The notes beneath the pieces are model-generated. The model did not search any database and was not told where the DNA came from. It worked only from the letters and a program-made list of their open reading frames with translations. Both the position numbers and the translations under genes were made by a program. From Candidatus Moraniibacteriota bacterium (GTDB lineage: Bacteria > Patescibacteriota > Minisyncoccia > Moranbacterales > UBA1568): a stretch of 64,000 bases of DNA. Positions 47,557 to 57,458 of the stretch are shown piece by piece (position 1 is the first letter of the stretch; the number at the start of each line of letters is the position of its first letter). The stretch covers positions 10,385 through 74,384 of the forward strand of contig JAQTYF010000001.1 of the NCBI GenBank assembly GCA_028688415.1, read 5' to 3'.

Positions 47557-48195
47557 TTGTATAAAAATTCTTTTGATGATACATTGAAAATCAATATGAA
47601 ACACGTATTCTCACAATTAGAAAAAAAGAGAAACACAAACACTCAATCACGTGAGCAGTTCCTTCTTCATGTTTGTTGCGCACCGTGTAGTATCGCGGTG
47701 ATTGATGAACTGGCGACAGAGTATGATCTCGTCGTGCTTTTCTATAATCCCAACATCCATCCGGAAGAGGAATATCTAAAACGGAAACGAGAAGTAGTCC
47801 GTGTGTGTGAAGAATGGAAAGTGCCGATGATCGATCATGATTATGATATTGAAAAATGGGAAAAAGATATACGAGGATTGGAAAATGAACCAGAAGGAGG
47901 GCTCCGTTGTGTCTCGTGTATCAGTATGCGACTTCTCCATACTGCAGAAATAGCTAAAGAAAAAAACATAGAGCTATTTGGTACGACGCTCACGATGGGA
48001 CGAAACAAGAGAGAGATAGTCATCACGCCTCTTGGAAAATCGGCAGGGGAGAAATATGGTAGAGAATATTATGTCGAAGACTGGAAAAAGAAAGGACGCG
48101 AAATAAAAGCACGGGCTATGGTGAAAGAACGGGACATCTATCGTCAAACGTACTGCGGATGCAAGTACTCGATACGTGTCCAGAGAGAGGAATAA
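47557..48195 (+). CDS. queH: Epoxyqueuosine reductase QueH (DUF208)
   Basis: Conserved HVCCAPCS motif and C-terminal CGCKYS. 212 aa. Confidence 0.75.
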   Translation: MYKNSFDDTLKINMKHVFSQLEKKRNTNTQSREQFLLHVCCAPCSIAVIDELATEYDLVVLFYNPNIHPEEEYLKRKREVVRVCEEWKVPMIDHDYDIEKWEKDIRGLENEPEGGLRCVSCISMRLLHTAEIAKEKNIELFGTTLTMGRNKREIVITPLGKSAGEKYGREYYVEDWKKKGREIKARAMVKERDIYRQTYCGCKYSIRVQREE

Positions 48196-48220
48196 GAAAA
48201 AATAACGAGAAATGAAAAAA

Positions 48221-48297
48221 GAATCTTCAAAGAATTTTTAGGAAACCATTGGGCGAAACTGCTTCGGACGGGTTTATCTAAAATTTTTTGAAGATTC
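48221..48297. ncRNA. Structured element, copy 2: stem GAATCTTCAAAGAATTTTTA / TAAAATTTTTTGAAGATTC enclosing the same conserved core GGAAACCATTGGGCGAAACTGCTTCGGACGGGTTTATC
   Basis: Core identical to copy 1 except 1 nt. The stem sequence is unrelated to copy 1 but remains complementary (covariation). Confidence 0.55.
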
Positions 48298-48330
48298 TTT
48301 TTATTCTATATAAGTAAAATACTATGGATT

Positions 48331-49950
48331 TTGTTTTTGTTGCGAAGTACGATGAGACAGGATAAGATAGGAATACATTTATTGATAAATATTATGACAC
48401 AGAGTGAAGCGCTGGCTCTCCTCAAAACAGGAGCAAATGTCTTCCTTACGGGTGAGGCGGGATCAGGAAAGACCTATACTATCAATCAATATACCGACTA
48501 TCTTCGTTCTCATGAGATCGATTTTGCTGTGACGGCTTCGACAGGTATCGCTGCGACACATATCCATGGTATGACGATACATTCGTGGAGTGGTATCGGT
48601 GTCCATCAAGAAGCGGACGAAGATGAACTCAAACACATTGCAGAGAATCGCTATGTCGCGAAACGTATCAAAAGAGCCAAGGTACTCATCATTGATGAGG
48701 TATCGATGCTTGATGGAAAAGTTTTGACACTCGTCGAACGGGTGTGTCGCAAGGCGCGAAAACTACGATTGCCGTTTGGAGGACTGCAGGTGGTGCTTGT
48801 GGGAGATTTTTTTCAGTTGCCACCAATAGCTAAAAAAGAAACAGCAATAGAATTTGCTTTTGATTCAGATGCATGGCAGGGATCGATGCCAATCGTGTGT
48901 TATCTCACGGAACAACACCGTCAGGAAGATAGTAAATTTTTGGATATTCTTTCGGCTATTCGGAATAATACGTTTGATGAAATGCACTTTGAAAGTTTGA
49001 GCGAACGGATTATATCACACGAAGAATTGCCGGACGATATGACGCGTCTGTTTTCTCATAATACCAATGTCGATACGATCAATACGAAAGAATTGCAAAA
49101 ACTCCCAGGGAAAACAAAACTCTTTGTGATGGCAGCACGTGGCCCAGAAACACTGACCGATGCACTCATCCGCGGGTGTCTCTCTCCGGAACGTCTCGAA
49201 CTCAAAGAGGGAGCAGCGGTGATGTTTACCAAGAACAATGCGAATCAGGGTTTCGTCAACGGAACACTCGGTACCGTCATCGGGTTTGATACGACAACTC
49301 ATTATCCGATTGTGAGAACATCGAGCGGGACACATATCGAGACAGAGCCAATGGAGTGGACGATTGCAGAGGGGGATGAAATATTTGCCAAGATCACTCA
49401 GATACCACTCCGTCTCGCCTGGGCAATGACGATTCACAAGAGCCAGGGAGTGAGTCTTGATGCTGCAGTAATCGACCTCTCACAAACGTTCGAATATGGT
49501 CAGGGATATGTTGCTCTGTCACGAGTACGTACACTCTCAGGTATCCATCTCCTCGGTGTGAACGCACGAGCGTTTCAGGTCCATCCACTCGTTTCTGAAA
49601 AAGATGAACAATTTCGTCGTACTTCTGAGACTGCGAGAGAAGAATATCGACAATTTTCGAAAGAGAGAGTCGAAGAAATGGAAAAGAATTTTATTGTGTT
49701 GTGCGAAGGAAAACATCAGATCAAAAAACAGAAGAGTGTGAAGAAAAAAAAGACAGTATCAGTCGGAAAATCATTGGAGGAAATCCGCGAGAAACATCCG
49801 AAAGCATACGCGAAATGGACCACTGAGGAAGATGAAAAACTACGAAAATTATGGAACAAAGGAACGCAAGTCCTCGCACTCACCGAGGTATTTGGCCGTA
49901 AAAAAGGAGCTATCACATCACGTCTCAAAAAATTATTGCTTCTCCACTAG
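48331..49950 (+). CDS. Pif1/RecD-family ATP-dependent DNA helicase (AAA_30 / UvrD_C_2 type) with a basic C-terminal tail. Start may be the downstream MTQSEALALL (48394).
   Basis: Walker A LTGEAGSGKTYTI, Walker B VLIIDEVSMLD, motif GDFFQLPP, C-terminal helicase motif TIHKSQGVSLD. Confidence 0.75.
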   Translation: MFLLRSTMRQDKIGIHLLINIMTQSEALALLKTGANVFLTGEAGSGKTYTINQYTDYLRSHEIDFAVTASTGIAATHIHGMTIHSWSGIGVHQEADEDELKHIAENRYVAKRIKRAKVLIIDEVSMLDGKVLTLVERVCRKARKLRLPFGGLQVVLVGDFFQLPPIAKKETAIEFAFDSDAWQGSMPIVCYLTEQHRQEDSKFLDILSAIRNNTFDEMHFESLSERIISHEELPDDMTRLFSHNTNVDTINTKELQKLPGKTKLFVMAARGPETLTDALIRGCLSPERLELKEGAAVMFTKNNANQGFVNGTLGTVIGFDTTTHYPIVRTSSGTHIETEPMEWTIAEGDEIFAKITQIPLRLAWAMTIHKSQGVSLDAAVIDLSQTFEYGQGYVALSRVRTLSGIHLLGVNARAFQVHPLVSEKDEQFRRTSETAREEYRQFSKERVEEMEKNFIVLCEGKHQIKKQKSVKKKKTVSVGKSLEEIREKHPKAYAKWTTEEDEKLRKLWNKGTQVLALTEVFGRKKGAITSRLKKLLLLH

Positions 49951-49994
49951 AGAACGGATGAAAAAGAATAGTTTTTTCTACTTTTCTCTCAATA

Positions 49995-50144
49995 CCCAAA
50001 AGAATATTTTGTTGGTTGCTCCACTTGTTTGAGACGGCTTTCTTTCTTCTAAAAATTTCCTATGGATGCCGTAGAGTGAGGGAATATTTTTAGCAAAGAA
50101 AGAAGGCTTTCGAGGCTGGAGCAGAAACAAAAGATTGCTTTTGG
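49995..50144 (+). mobile_element. MITE-like element, family 2 copy 1 (about 150 bp). TIRs CCCAAAAGAATATTTTGTT / AACAAAAGATTGCTTTTGGG.
   Basis: Near-identical direct copy at 62693-62843. Terminal sequences shared with family 1. Followed by a TTGACA-17-TATGCT promoter-like sequence (50190-50218). Confidence 0.65.
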
Positions 50145-50278
50145 GTGGTGAGAGAAACTGTACTTCTTAAAAGGAATGGAAGTTTTTTATTGACAAGAAA
50201 GAGAGATACCTCTATGCTACATCGTCGTTGAGAATTGCTTCTCTACGAATATTTATGCAACTTTCCAAGGAGTAAAGA

Positions 50279-50650
50279 ATGAGCAATGTCAAAACTACGG
50301 CAAATCAACCGGTTCAGTGGTTTGTTGAATGTGATACTTTCACGAATGAAAGTATCGAACGGGAACTCTCAGCACGAGGACTCGAGAGTGATGCTATTAG
50401 TGCGCATTTTGATGCGCTGGGCAATGATGGGAAATTGCACAATGTGCTCGGTATCCCATCGACGTTTATCAAAATGTTGAAAGGAGCAAGGGTAAACGAT
50501 ACCCGATTCCAATTTCGTTTTTGGAAACGCAATGGTACGAAAGGAGTACTTTTTCCTGCCGACTTTGTCGAAAAGAAACCGCTCAGTCAGACAGCAGAAG
50601 TGAAGCGTGTCATCGCCAGGATCGGTGCCTTGAAAGACAAGAAAAAATGA
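50279..50650 (+). CDS. Hypothetical protein (123 aa)
   Basis: ORF downstream of a promoter-like sequence with an RBS (GGAG at about 50268). No motif. Confidence 0.45.
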   Translation: MSNVKTTANQPVQWFVECDTFTNESIERELSARGLESDAISAHFDALGNDGKLHNVLGIPSTFIKMLKGARVNDTRFQFRFWKRNGTKGVLFPADFVEKKPLSQTAEVKRVIARIGALKDKKK

Positions 50651-50758
50651 GAATGAGGAAAGAGAAATTTCTTCCCCGGTGAGGGTATCAATGATACTCT
50701 CACTTTTTCTTTTTCTGGCTTATTGTTAGCAAAAAAAGTCATCCTATGATATTCTAGA

Positions 50759-52597
50759 ATGACTTTTATAGAGAAAAGAAGTATGAATAAAAAAGGAAAA
50801 CCACTATCTGTTTGGAGCGTTCTCCGGTCGTATGCTTTCTCGGTCCGCCGATACAAATGGTCTGCGGTGAGTGTGTTTGTGGTGTATGGATTGGCATCGG
50901 TAGTGAGTGGCATACTCTCCCCACTTGTGTATAGACGTATTATTGATACACTTTCTGGTGCCACAGATCGAATATTAGTATCGGAAATCCTCTTTCAGAG
51001 TTTATGGATGCTTATTGGTGTTATCGTTTCCTATCAATTCTTCTATCGAGCAGGAGATTTCATTATCACTTTTGTCGAAAGCAAGACGATAGAAGACCTG
51101 AACAATCGAGCCTTCCAGTCTTTTATGCGTCAGGGACACACATTCTTCATCGACCGTTTCTCAGGAAGTCTCGTGGCACAAGCGAGAAGGTATGCTCGTA
51201 TTTTCGAAGATGTTGCTGATCAACTCGTGTTCAATTTTTGGATGCCATTTGTTCATCTGACAGGTGTTATTGTTACGCTCTTTTTTATTGAATCAAAAGT
51301 TGCTGTTATTTTCCTTGTTTGGATTCCGATTTACATCACTATTGCTATTTGGATTACCAAAAAGAAATTGCCGTATGATACCAGAAGTGCTGAGCAAGAC
51401 TCTCTTTTGACAGCCAAACTCTCTGACGCACTTTCAAATATTTTTGCTGTCAAAACATTTGCTTCTGAAGAACATGAAACAGACGTATTCTCGCTCACTG
51501 CAAAAAGCGATGAGCAGGCACGACTCAAGTCCTGGCGTTTCAATAATGTTCTGATCGCCATTCAGACGATTATGTTTAGCATACTCGAAATCATGGCTAT
51601 GTACGTCGTGCTCAAAATGTGGATTGTGGGAAGTGTGAGTACGGGAACGGTTGTCTTGGTGCAGGTCTATATTGGATCGATTTTTAGTGAATTGTTTGGA
51701 CTTGGGCGTGCTTTCGGGAGATTGATGAAAAATGTTGCCGATGCCTCTGAAATGATTGAGACACTCGAACGTACAGACGGAGAAGTTTTGGAAATGGAAG
51801 ATACTTTGGACAATACAACAGTTCTTTCTTCTGGCGGAATTACCTTTGATCATATTGTCTTTCGTTATTCCGCAAATAATGCGGTTTTCGATGATTTCTC
51901 TCTCGCTATCCGTCCTGGTGAGAAAGTGGGGCTTGTAGGTGCTTCTGGATCAGGCAAGAGTACACTTACCAAATTGTTACTCGGATTTATTGTCCCAGAA
52001 TCAGGGACGATTTCGGTCGGTGGACAGAATGTCTCACCACTTTCTCTCCAATCACTTCGTCGTCTCATCGCGTATGTTCCTCAGGATACCGCACTCTTTC
52101 ATCGAACGATTGCCGAGAACATTTCATACGGCAAAAAGGATGCTTCACGAAGTGAGATTGAGGCAGTGGCCAAGAAGGCTCATGCTCATGATTTCATCAC
52201 AGCTCTTCCTCTGGGATACGACACCTTGGTCGGAGAGCGCGGAGTAAAACTTTCTGGAGGGGAGCGTCAGCGCGTGGCTATCGCTCGGGCACTTCTCAAA
52301 GATGCTCCGATACTCGTACTTGATGAAGCAACGAGTGCTCTCGATACGACGAGCGAGCACCATATTCAAGAAGCACTCCACGAATTGATGCAGGGGAGGA
52401 CGACGCTCGTAATCGCTCATCGACTGAGTACCGTACGGGAGATGGATCGTATTATCGTTCTTGAGAATGGGAAACTGGCTGAATCAGGATCACATACAGA
52501 ACTGATTACACAGGGAGGTATCTATGCTGGTTTCTGGAATCGTCAGACAGCCTCATTCGGCGATGTGTTACTTGTTGATGAGGAAGAAGAGAAATAA
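50759..52597 (+). CDS. ABC exporter, fused permease/ATPase (MsbA/ABCB-like)
   Basis: Six-TM N-terminal domain, Walker A GASGSGKSTL, signature LSGGERQRVAIARAL, Walker B ILVLDEATSALD, H-loop. Confidence 0.85.
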   Translation: MTFIEKRSMNKKGKPLSVWSVLRSYAFSVRRYKWSAVSVFVVYGLASVVSGILSPLVYRRIIDTLSGATDRILVSEILFQSLWMLIGVIVSYQFFYRAGDFIITFVESKTIEDLNNRAFQSFMRQGHTFFIDRFSGSLVAQARRYARIFEDVADQLVFNFWMPFVHLTGVIVTLFFIESKVAVIFLVWIPIYITIAIWITKKKLPYDTRSAEQDSLLTAKLSDALSNIFAVKTFASEEHETDVFSLTAKSDEQARLKSWRFNNVLIAIQTIMFSILEIMAMYVVLKMWIVGSVSTGTVVLVQVYIGSIFSELFGLGRAFGRLMKNVADASEMIETLERTDGEVLEMEDTLDNTTVLSSGGITFDHIVFRYSANNAVFDDFSLAIRPGEKVGLVGASGSGKSTLTKLLLGFIVPESGTISVGGQNVSPLSLQSLRRLIAYVPQDTALFHRTIAENISYGKKDASRSEIEAVAKKAHAHDFITALPLGYDTLVGERGVKLSGGERQRVAIARALLKDAPILVLDEATSALDTTSEHHIQEALHELMQGRTTLVIAHRLSTVREMDRIIVLENGKLAESGSHTELITQGGIYAGFWNRQTASFGDVLLVDEEEEK

Positions 52598-52653
52598 GAT
52601 GCTGATGATATGGTATACTGGGAGGGGTAATTCGTGGAGAATATACATATCTT

Positions 52654-53829
52654 ATGAACAATAAAACACTCGTTGAATACGTTGCAGGGAGACTCCGTAC
52701 CGGTATCACTCGAGTAACTCTTGAAGAAGAATTGCGTACTGTCGGATGGTCAGAAGAAGAAGTCGAGGATGCATATCGATCAGGATTGATTGACTGTGGA
52801 TTGCCAATTCCGGATGAGAAAAATCGTGCCGTACTTTCTCGTACATCTTCTACCGTAGATATCGTGATCAACTTTTTCTCGTTTATCCTCCTCGGTATTG
52901 TAGCAACCGCACTAGGAATATTGCTTTTTGGTGTTGTGAACAAATTTTTTCCTGACGTACTGGATACCGTGAATATGTATACAGAGGCTTCGACGTCGAG
53001 TGCTATTCATTATGCTATCGCTGCACTCATCATCGGTTTTCCTCTGTATTATTTTTCAATACGTTTGTGGTTCCGTACCTTCCGTGAAGATGAAGGACGG
53101 ACAGAATCCAAACTTTCTCAGTGGTTGACGTATCTCGTATTACTCATTACCGCCGTGACGATTGTTGGAGACCTGATCACAGTCGTTTTTACTCTTCTAC
53201 AAGGAGAAATTACGGTGCGATTTTTCCTCAAAGCACTCGTTATCCTGATGATTGTTGGTATTGTCTTCGGATTCTATTATTTGGAGCGTCGTAAAGTCCA
53301 ATATCACGTTGATATTCCACGAACTCTTTTTCTCGTTTTCGGACGTATCGTGACAGGAATTCTTCTTCTTTCTATCGCACTTGGATTTTTTGCCTCTGGA
53401 TCACCTACAACAGAACGACAACGAACTTTCGATCGTACTCGATCAGAACATCTGGAGACGCTTTCGGATTGCGTCACGAGTTACGCAAAGACATTTGGAA
53501 AACTTCCTGTATCGTTGGATGATATACGTTATACGAGTGAATTGAATTATTGTGGAAATTCGATGCAAGATCCCGAAACAGCTCTTCTGTATGAATACCG
53601 CGTGATCACTCCTTCGACTGAAGAAGGTTTGGTGCGTGTCGGAGAATTTGAATTGTGTGCTACTTTCGCATTAGACTTCATGGTGAGTACGGATTTGATA
53701 CGCGTAGGGAACGAGTGGGCAGTACATCCTGCTGGAAGAAGTTGTGATATACGGAAAACACAACTTTCTGTTCCCGAAGGATCTATTCAAAAATCAGTTG
53801 ATGAAGTTCCGTTGGATTTTATTCGATAA
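52654..53829 (+). CDS. Hypothetical polytopic membrane protein with cytoplasmic N-terminal domain and C-terminal extracytoplasmic Cys-containing domain (391 aa)
   Basis: Four or five hydrophobic helices. Precedes the ECF sigma / anti-sigma pair. Confidence 0.5.
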   Translation: MNNKTLVEYVAGRLRTGITRVTLEEELRTVGWSEEEVEDAYRSGLIDCGLPIPDEKNRAVLSRTSSTVDIVINFFSFILLGIVATALGILLFGVVNKFFPDVLDTVNMYTEASTSSAIHYAIAALIIGFPLYYFSIRLWFRTFREDEGRTESKLSQWLTYLVLLITAVTIVGDLITVVFTLLQGEITVRFFLKALVILMIVGIVFGFYYLERRKVQYHVDIPRTLFLVFGRIVTGILLLSIALGFFASGSPTTERQRTFDRTRSEHLETLSDCVTSYAKTFGKLPVSLDDIRYTSELNYCGNSMQDPETALLYEYRVITPSTEEGLVRVGEFELCATFALDFMVSTDLIRVGNEWAVHPAGRSCDIRKTQLSVPEGSIQKSVDEVPLDFIR

Positions 53830-53872
53830 AAAGAAGATGAGAATTCTTTTTATAAGTGACTCTCGGTGTAGT

Positions 53873-54418
53873 ATGCGAAAAGAAATACTGGAGAAAAAAT
53901 TTCATTTACTCTATGACAATCAGTCAGACGCTCTTTTTCGATTTGTTTCATTTCGTGTGAATGATCGAGAAATGGCCCTTGATATTGTCCAGAATACTTT
54001 CCTCAAAATGTGGGAAGTATTGGAATCTGGACGCGCTATAGAGAATGAACGAGCATTTCTTTTTCGTATTGCTTCGAATCTTGTTATTGATTATTATCGG
54101 AAGTCCAAGGAATATTCGCTGGATAGTCTCGCTGAGGAAGGATTTGACGCTCCTTCTGATCCTGGTATTCCTATCGAAACACAGATCGATGCTGATGGAG
54201 CACTCGCTTGTTTGCAGTCTTTGTCAGAGAAATATCGAGAGCCGGTCTGGCTTCGCACGGTTGAGGATTGGTCAGTAAAGGATATTGCAGAGGTGCTCAA
54301 TGAGACAGAGAATGTGGTATCGGTACGTATCCATCGTGGATTGAAGCTCTGGAGAAGTGAAATTGGTAAAAAAAACGGTAAGAAATCAGCTTCTGAAACG
54401 TCAAGAAAGTATGTATAA
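53873..54418 (+). CDS. ECF-type RNA polymerase sigma-70 factor. Start taken at 53873; an alternative ATG lies at 53837.
   Basis: Region 2 (DALFRFVSFRVNDREMALDIVQNTFLKMWE) and region 4 HTH (WLRTVEDWSVKDIAEVLNETENVVSVRIHRGLKLWR). Confidence 0.75.
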   Translation: MRKEILEKKFHLLYDNQSDALFRFVSFRVNDREMALDIVQNTFLKMWEVLESGRAIENERAFLFRIASNLVIDYYRKSKEYSLDSLAEEGFDAPSDPGIPIETQIDADGALACLQSLSEKYREPVWLRTVEDWSVKDIAEVLNETENVVSVRIHRGLKLWRSEIGKKNGKKSASETSRKYV

Positions 54419-55412
54419 GAACAACCAACCAAAATATAGTCAGGGTGAGCGTGCAGTATTCGCTCGTTTTCGCGCCACACATCTTTCTTTAGGAGAGAAA
54501 CGGGTGCTATGGAAGCATATTCGATATTCGATGCAAAACAGAAACAATCCATCTGTATATGAGTCAAGGAGTATTTTTCTTAATTTTTTCTCGTTTTTGA
54601 CACATCGTTCATTTGCGATGCTTTCGTTGTCTCTCGTGATTATTCTTGGGAGTGGATTCGGTATCGCTCGTGCTTCTGAAAACGCTCTCCCTGGTCAGAG
54701 ATTGTATTCGGTAAAAATAAATGTGAATGAGGCTTTTATAAGAAGTTTGAAGCGTTCTGATGATGATCGAGCAGAATGGGAGAGAGAATTAACGAGTCGG
54801 AGAATTACAGAAGCCGAGACACTTGCAGAAGAAGGGCATCTAGGAATTGAAGAAAAAGATGAAATAGAACGACATCTTTCAGAGAACCGCAAGGCATTAG
54901 AAGAGATTGAAGGTCGAACAGTGACCGATGAAGAATTTCTTCCACAGAACATTCAGTCTATGACGAAGAAAATCAATGTACGCGTCGAACACACTGAGGA
55001 AGAAACATTTATTCATATCGAAGAAAAATTTGAAACCGAAGAGGATGAAGAAAGAGAACAAGAACAGGGTTTTGTCGACGGAGAAGAATGGCACACATCC
55101 AATATCGAATCCACAGACAATGATGTGGAAATTCCTGAATCATTGGAACAAGAAAAAGTATTAGGAGAGGATGATAAGAACGAAGATCTAGAATCCAGAA
55201 AGTCTTCTTCAAAAAAGGAAGTAAAACAACAAGATACACAGGATTCCTCCTCTGACATACAGACTGATACAAAGAAAAAACAAGAAACTACTCAAAGTAA
55301 ACAATCCTCGTCTTCACAAGAAGATAATCAAGACGATAGAGAAGAGGAGAAACAGAATGTAGAAGATGAGTCAAGCGTCGACACATCAGACGATGAAGAT
55401 TTGGAAGAGTAA
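54411..55412 (+). CDS. Putative anti-sigma factor: single-pass membrane protein with a highly acidic E/D/S-rich C-terminal domain. Start at 54411 overlaps the sigma stop (ATGTATAA).
   Basis: Position and translational coupling immediately after the ECF sigma. One TM segment (FAMLSLSLVIILGSGFGIA). Low-complexity acidic tail. Confidence 0.5.
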   Translation: MYKNNQPKYSQGERAVFARFRATHLSLGEKRVLWKHIRYSMQNRNNPSVYESRSIFLNFFSFLTHRSFAMLSLSLVIILGSGFGIARASENALPGQRLYSVKINVNEAFIRSLKRSDDDRAEWERELTSRRITEAETLAEEGHLGIEEKDEIERHLSENRKALEEIEGRTVTDEEFLPQNIQSMTKKINVRVEHTEEETFIHIEEKFETEEDEEREQEQGFVDGEEWHTSNIESTDNDVEIPESLEQEKVLGEDDKNEDLESRKSSSKKEVKQQDTQDSSSDIQTDTKKKQETTQSKQSSSSQEDNQDDREEEKQNVEDESSVDTSDDEDLEE

Positions 55413-55526
55413 AAATATTTTTGCTTTCTTATTGTTTTTTCTCGAGAAACATGTATGCTGGCAGTGGTAAAGTATTTCTATCAAGGTCAGTTTTTTAACA
55501 TTTTATGACTGTAAAAGGAGTTTATC

Positions 55527-57050
55527 GTGAACAAAACAACTATTCGAAGCGTACGGAAACCCGTTATTCCCGTTGTGAGGAAAGCTGTCCCCAAAGAGCC
55601 TTCACCATTGGTGAAAAAACTCTTGGGAAACGCAAGCCGTTTCGGCCCCAAGAAATTATTCGTCTTGGATACGAATGTACTCATGCATGATCCGATGAGC
55701 CTGTTTCGTTTCGAGGAGCACGATGTGTATATCCCGATGATGACTCTCGAAGAACTCGATGGTCACAAGAGGGGACAATCCGAAGTGGCTCGGAGTGCGA
55801 GGCAAGTCAGTCGGACGCTTGACGAGCTTGTTTCTGGAAGCAAGACAAACATCAAGGAAGGTGTTGATCTGCAGGAAAAATCTCAGGGTCAGGCGACTGG
55901 TCGTCTTTTTTTTCAGACAGAAGCTCTCGGCGATGCATTGCCAGATTTCTTACCGAAGGCCAAAGCCGATAATCAAATCATCGGCGTCCTCATTGCACTC
56001 AAAAAGTGTTATCCGAACCGCGAAGTGATATTGGTATCCAAGGATATCAATATGCGCATCAAAGCCAATGCTATCGGTCAGGTGGCACAGGACTATTTCA
56101 GTGACAAGGTCCTGGAAGATACGGATCTCCTCTATTCCGGCACCACAGAGCTTCCGGAAAATTTCTGGGGAAAAAATACAGAAACCTGGAAGGCTGGCGG
56201 ACATGATTTTTATCGAGTGCGGGGAAAATTGTGTTCTCAACTGTTTGTCAACGAGTTCGTATGGCAAGATGGTGATCATCCGTTTCGTGCGATCGTACAC
56301 GAGCGTGCTGGTCAGATGGCGATACTTCGGACATTCAAAGATTATGTCCATCAGAAGAATGCCGTATGGAGTATCACAGCTCGCAATCGTGAACAGAGTT
56401 TTGCTTTGTGTCTGCTCATGGATCCGGAGATTGATTTCGTGTCTCTCTCAGGGCAGGCGGGTACCGGCAAGACACTCCTCACGCTTGCGGCGGCTTTGGA
56501 ACAGACGCTCAACAAGAAACTGTACAGCGATATCATTTTCACACGGGTGACGATGCCTATTGGTGAAGACATCGGATTTCTCCCGGGCACAGAAGAAGAA
56601 AAGATGTTGCCATGGATGGGCGCGATGGAAGACAACCTCGATGTTCTTGGAGCGAATAACCCTCCAGAATTGCACAAGGAAGGGGAAAAGAAACACCCAG
56701 TTGATTGGAATCGTGTCGCTGGTTTGACCGATCTGATTCGTTCCCGTCTCAAAGTGAAGTCACTTAACTTTATGCGCGGGCGTACTTTCGTCAACAAGTT
56801 CATCATCATTGATGAAGCGCAGAACCTGACTCCTCATCAGATGAAAACCCTTATCACTCGTGCAGGACCAGGGACCAAGATAGTGTGTCTTGGCAATATC
56901 GCGCAGATCGATACGCCGTATCTGACAGAAGGGGGATCGGGATTGACGTATGTTGTCGATCGCTTCAAAGATTGGGAACACGGTGGGCACGTCACACTCC
57001 TCCGTGGCGAACGTTCACGACTTGCAGATCACGCAGCTGAAGTACTCTAA
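55527..57050 (+). CDS. PhoH-like ATPase with N-terminal PIN domain (YlaK type)
   Basis: PIN segment LFVLDTNVLMHDP...MMTLEELDG. P-loop GQAGTGKTLLTLAAAL. PhoH C-terminal region. Confidence 0.8.
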   Translation: MNKTTIRSVRKPVIPVVRKAVPKEPSPLVKKLLGNASRFGPKKLFVLDTNVLMHDPMSLFRFEEHDVYIPMMTLEELDGHKRGQSEVARSARQVSRTLDELVSGSKTNIKEGVDLQEKSQGQATGRLFFQTEALGDALPDFLPKAKADNQIIGVLIALKKCYPNREVILVSKDINMRIKANAIGQVAQDYFSDKVLEDTDLLYSGTTELPENFWGKNTETWKAGGHDFYRVRGKLCSQLFVNEFVWQDGDHPFRAIVHERAGQMAILRTFKDYVHQKNAVWSITARNREQSFALCLLMDPEIDFVSLSGQAGTGKTLLTLAAALEQTLNKKLYSDIIFTRVTMPIGEDIGFLPGTEEEKMLPWMGAMEDNLDVLGANNPPELHKEGEKKHPVDWNRVAGLTDLIRSRLKVKSLNFMRGRTFVNKFIIIDEAQNLTPHQMKTLITRAGPGTKIVCLGNIAQIDTPYLTEGGSGLTYVVDRFKDWEHGGHVTLLRGERSRLADHAAEVL

Positions 57051-57065
57051 CAGAGACAGAGTTCG

Positions 57066-57104
57066 AGAAACCGCACAGAAAGAATATTTCTTGTGCGGTT
57101 TTTT
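57066..57104. terminator. Bidirectional terminator (AACCGCACAGAAA ... TTTCTTGTGCGGTT) with T-run
   Basis: About 12-bp stem with a small bulge, followed by TTTTTTC. Confidence 0.65.
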
Positions 57105-57106
57105 CT

Positions 57107-57331
57107 TTATCGTCTGTATGTTCTCTCCGTTTCTTCCTCATCTTCGTTCTTGGCAATCTCACGGAGCCTTGTTTTCTCTGCCTCTGGATCAGTAATAGCA
57201 TTCATTATGGCGTCTTTTTCGAGCATGACATGAGGCACTACCCCGACAATTTCTTTGTATTTTGCTCTGAGTCTCTGTGATTCTTCCTCTGGTGTTTCGG
57301 AGGTGAAATTGAGTTCAAATTGTTTTGGCAT
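57107..57331 (-). CDS. Hypothetical small acidic protein (74 aa)
   Basis: ORF convergent with phoH and sharing its terminator. Confidence 0.35.
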   Translation of the reverse strand: MPKQFELNFTSETPEEESQRLRAKYKEIVGVVPHVMLEKDAIMNAITDPEAEKTRLREIAKNEDEEETERTYRR

Positions 57332-57458
57332 AGAATATTTATGAAGGATTATACTATCAGTATACCAGTATCATTTGTTTTGTGAATATCATAAGAAGGA
57401 TCTACTTTCAGAAGAACAAAAAAATGCTATACTAGAAAAGTAAAAAGTAAAAAAAATT

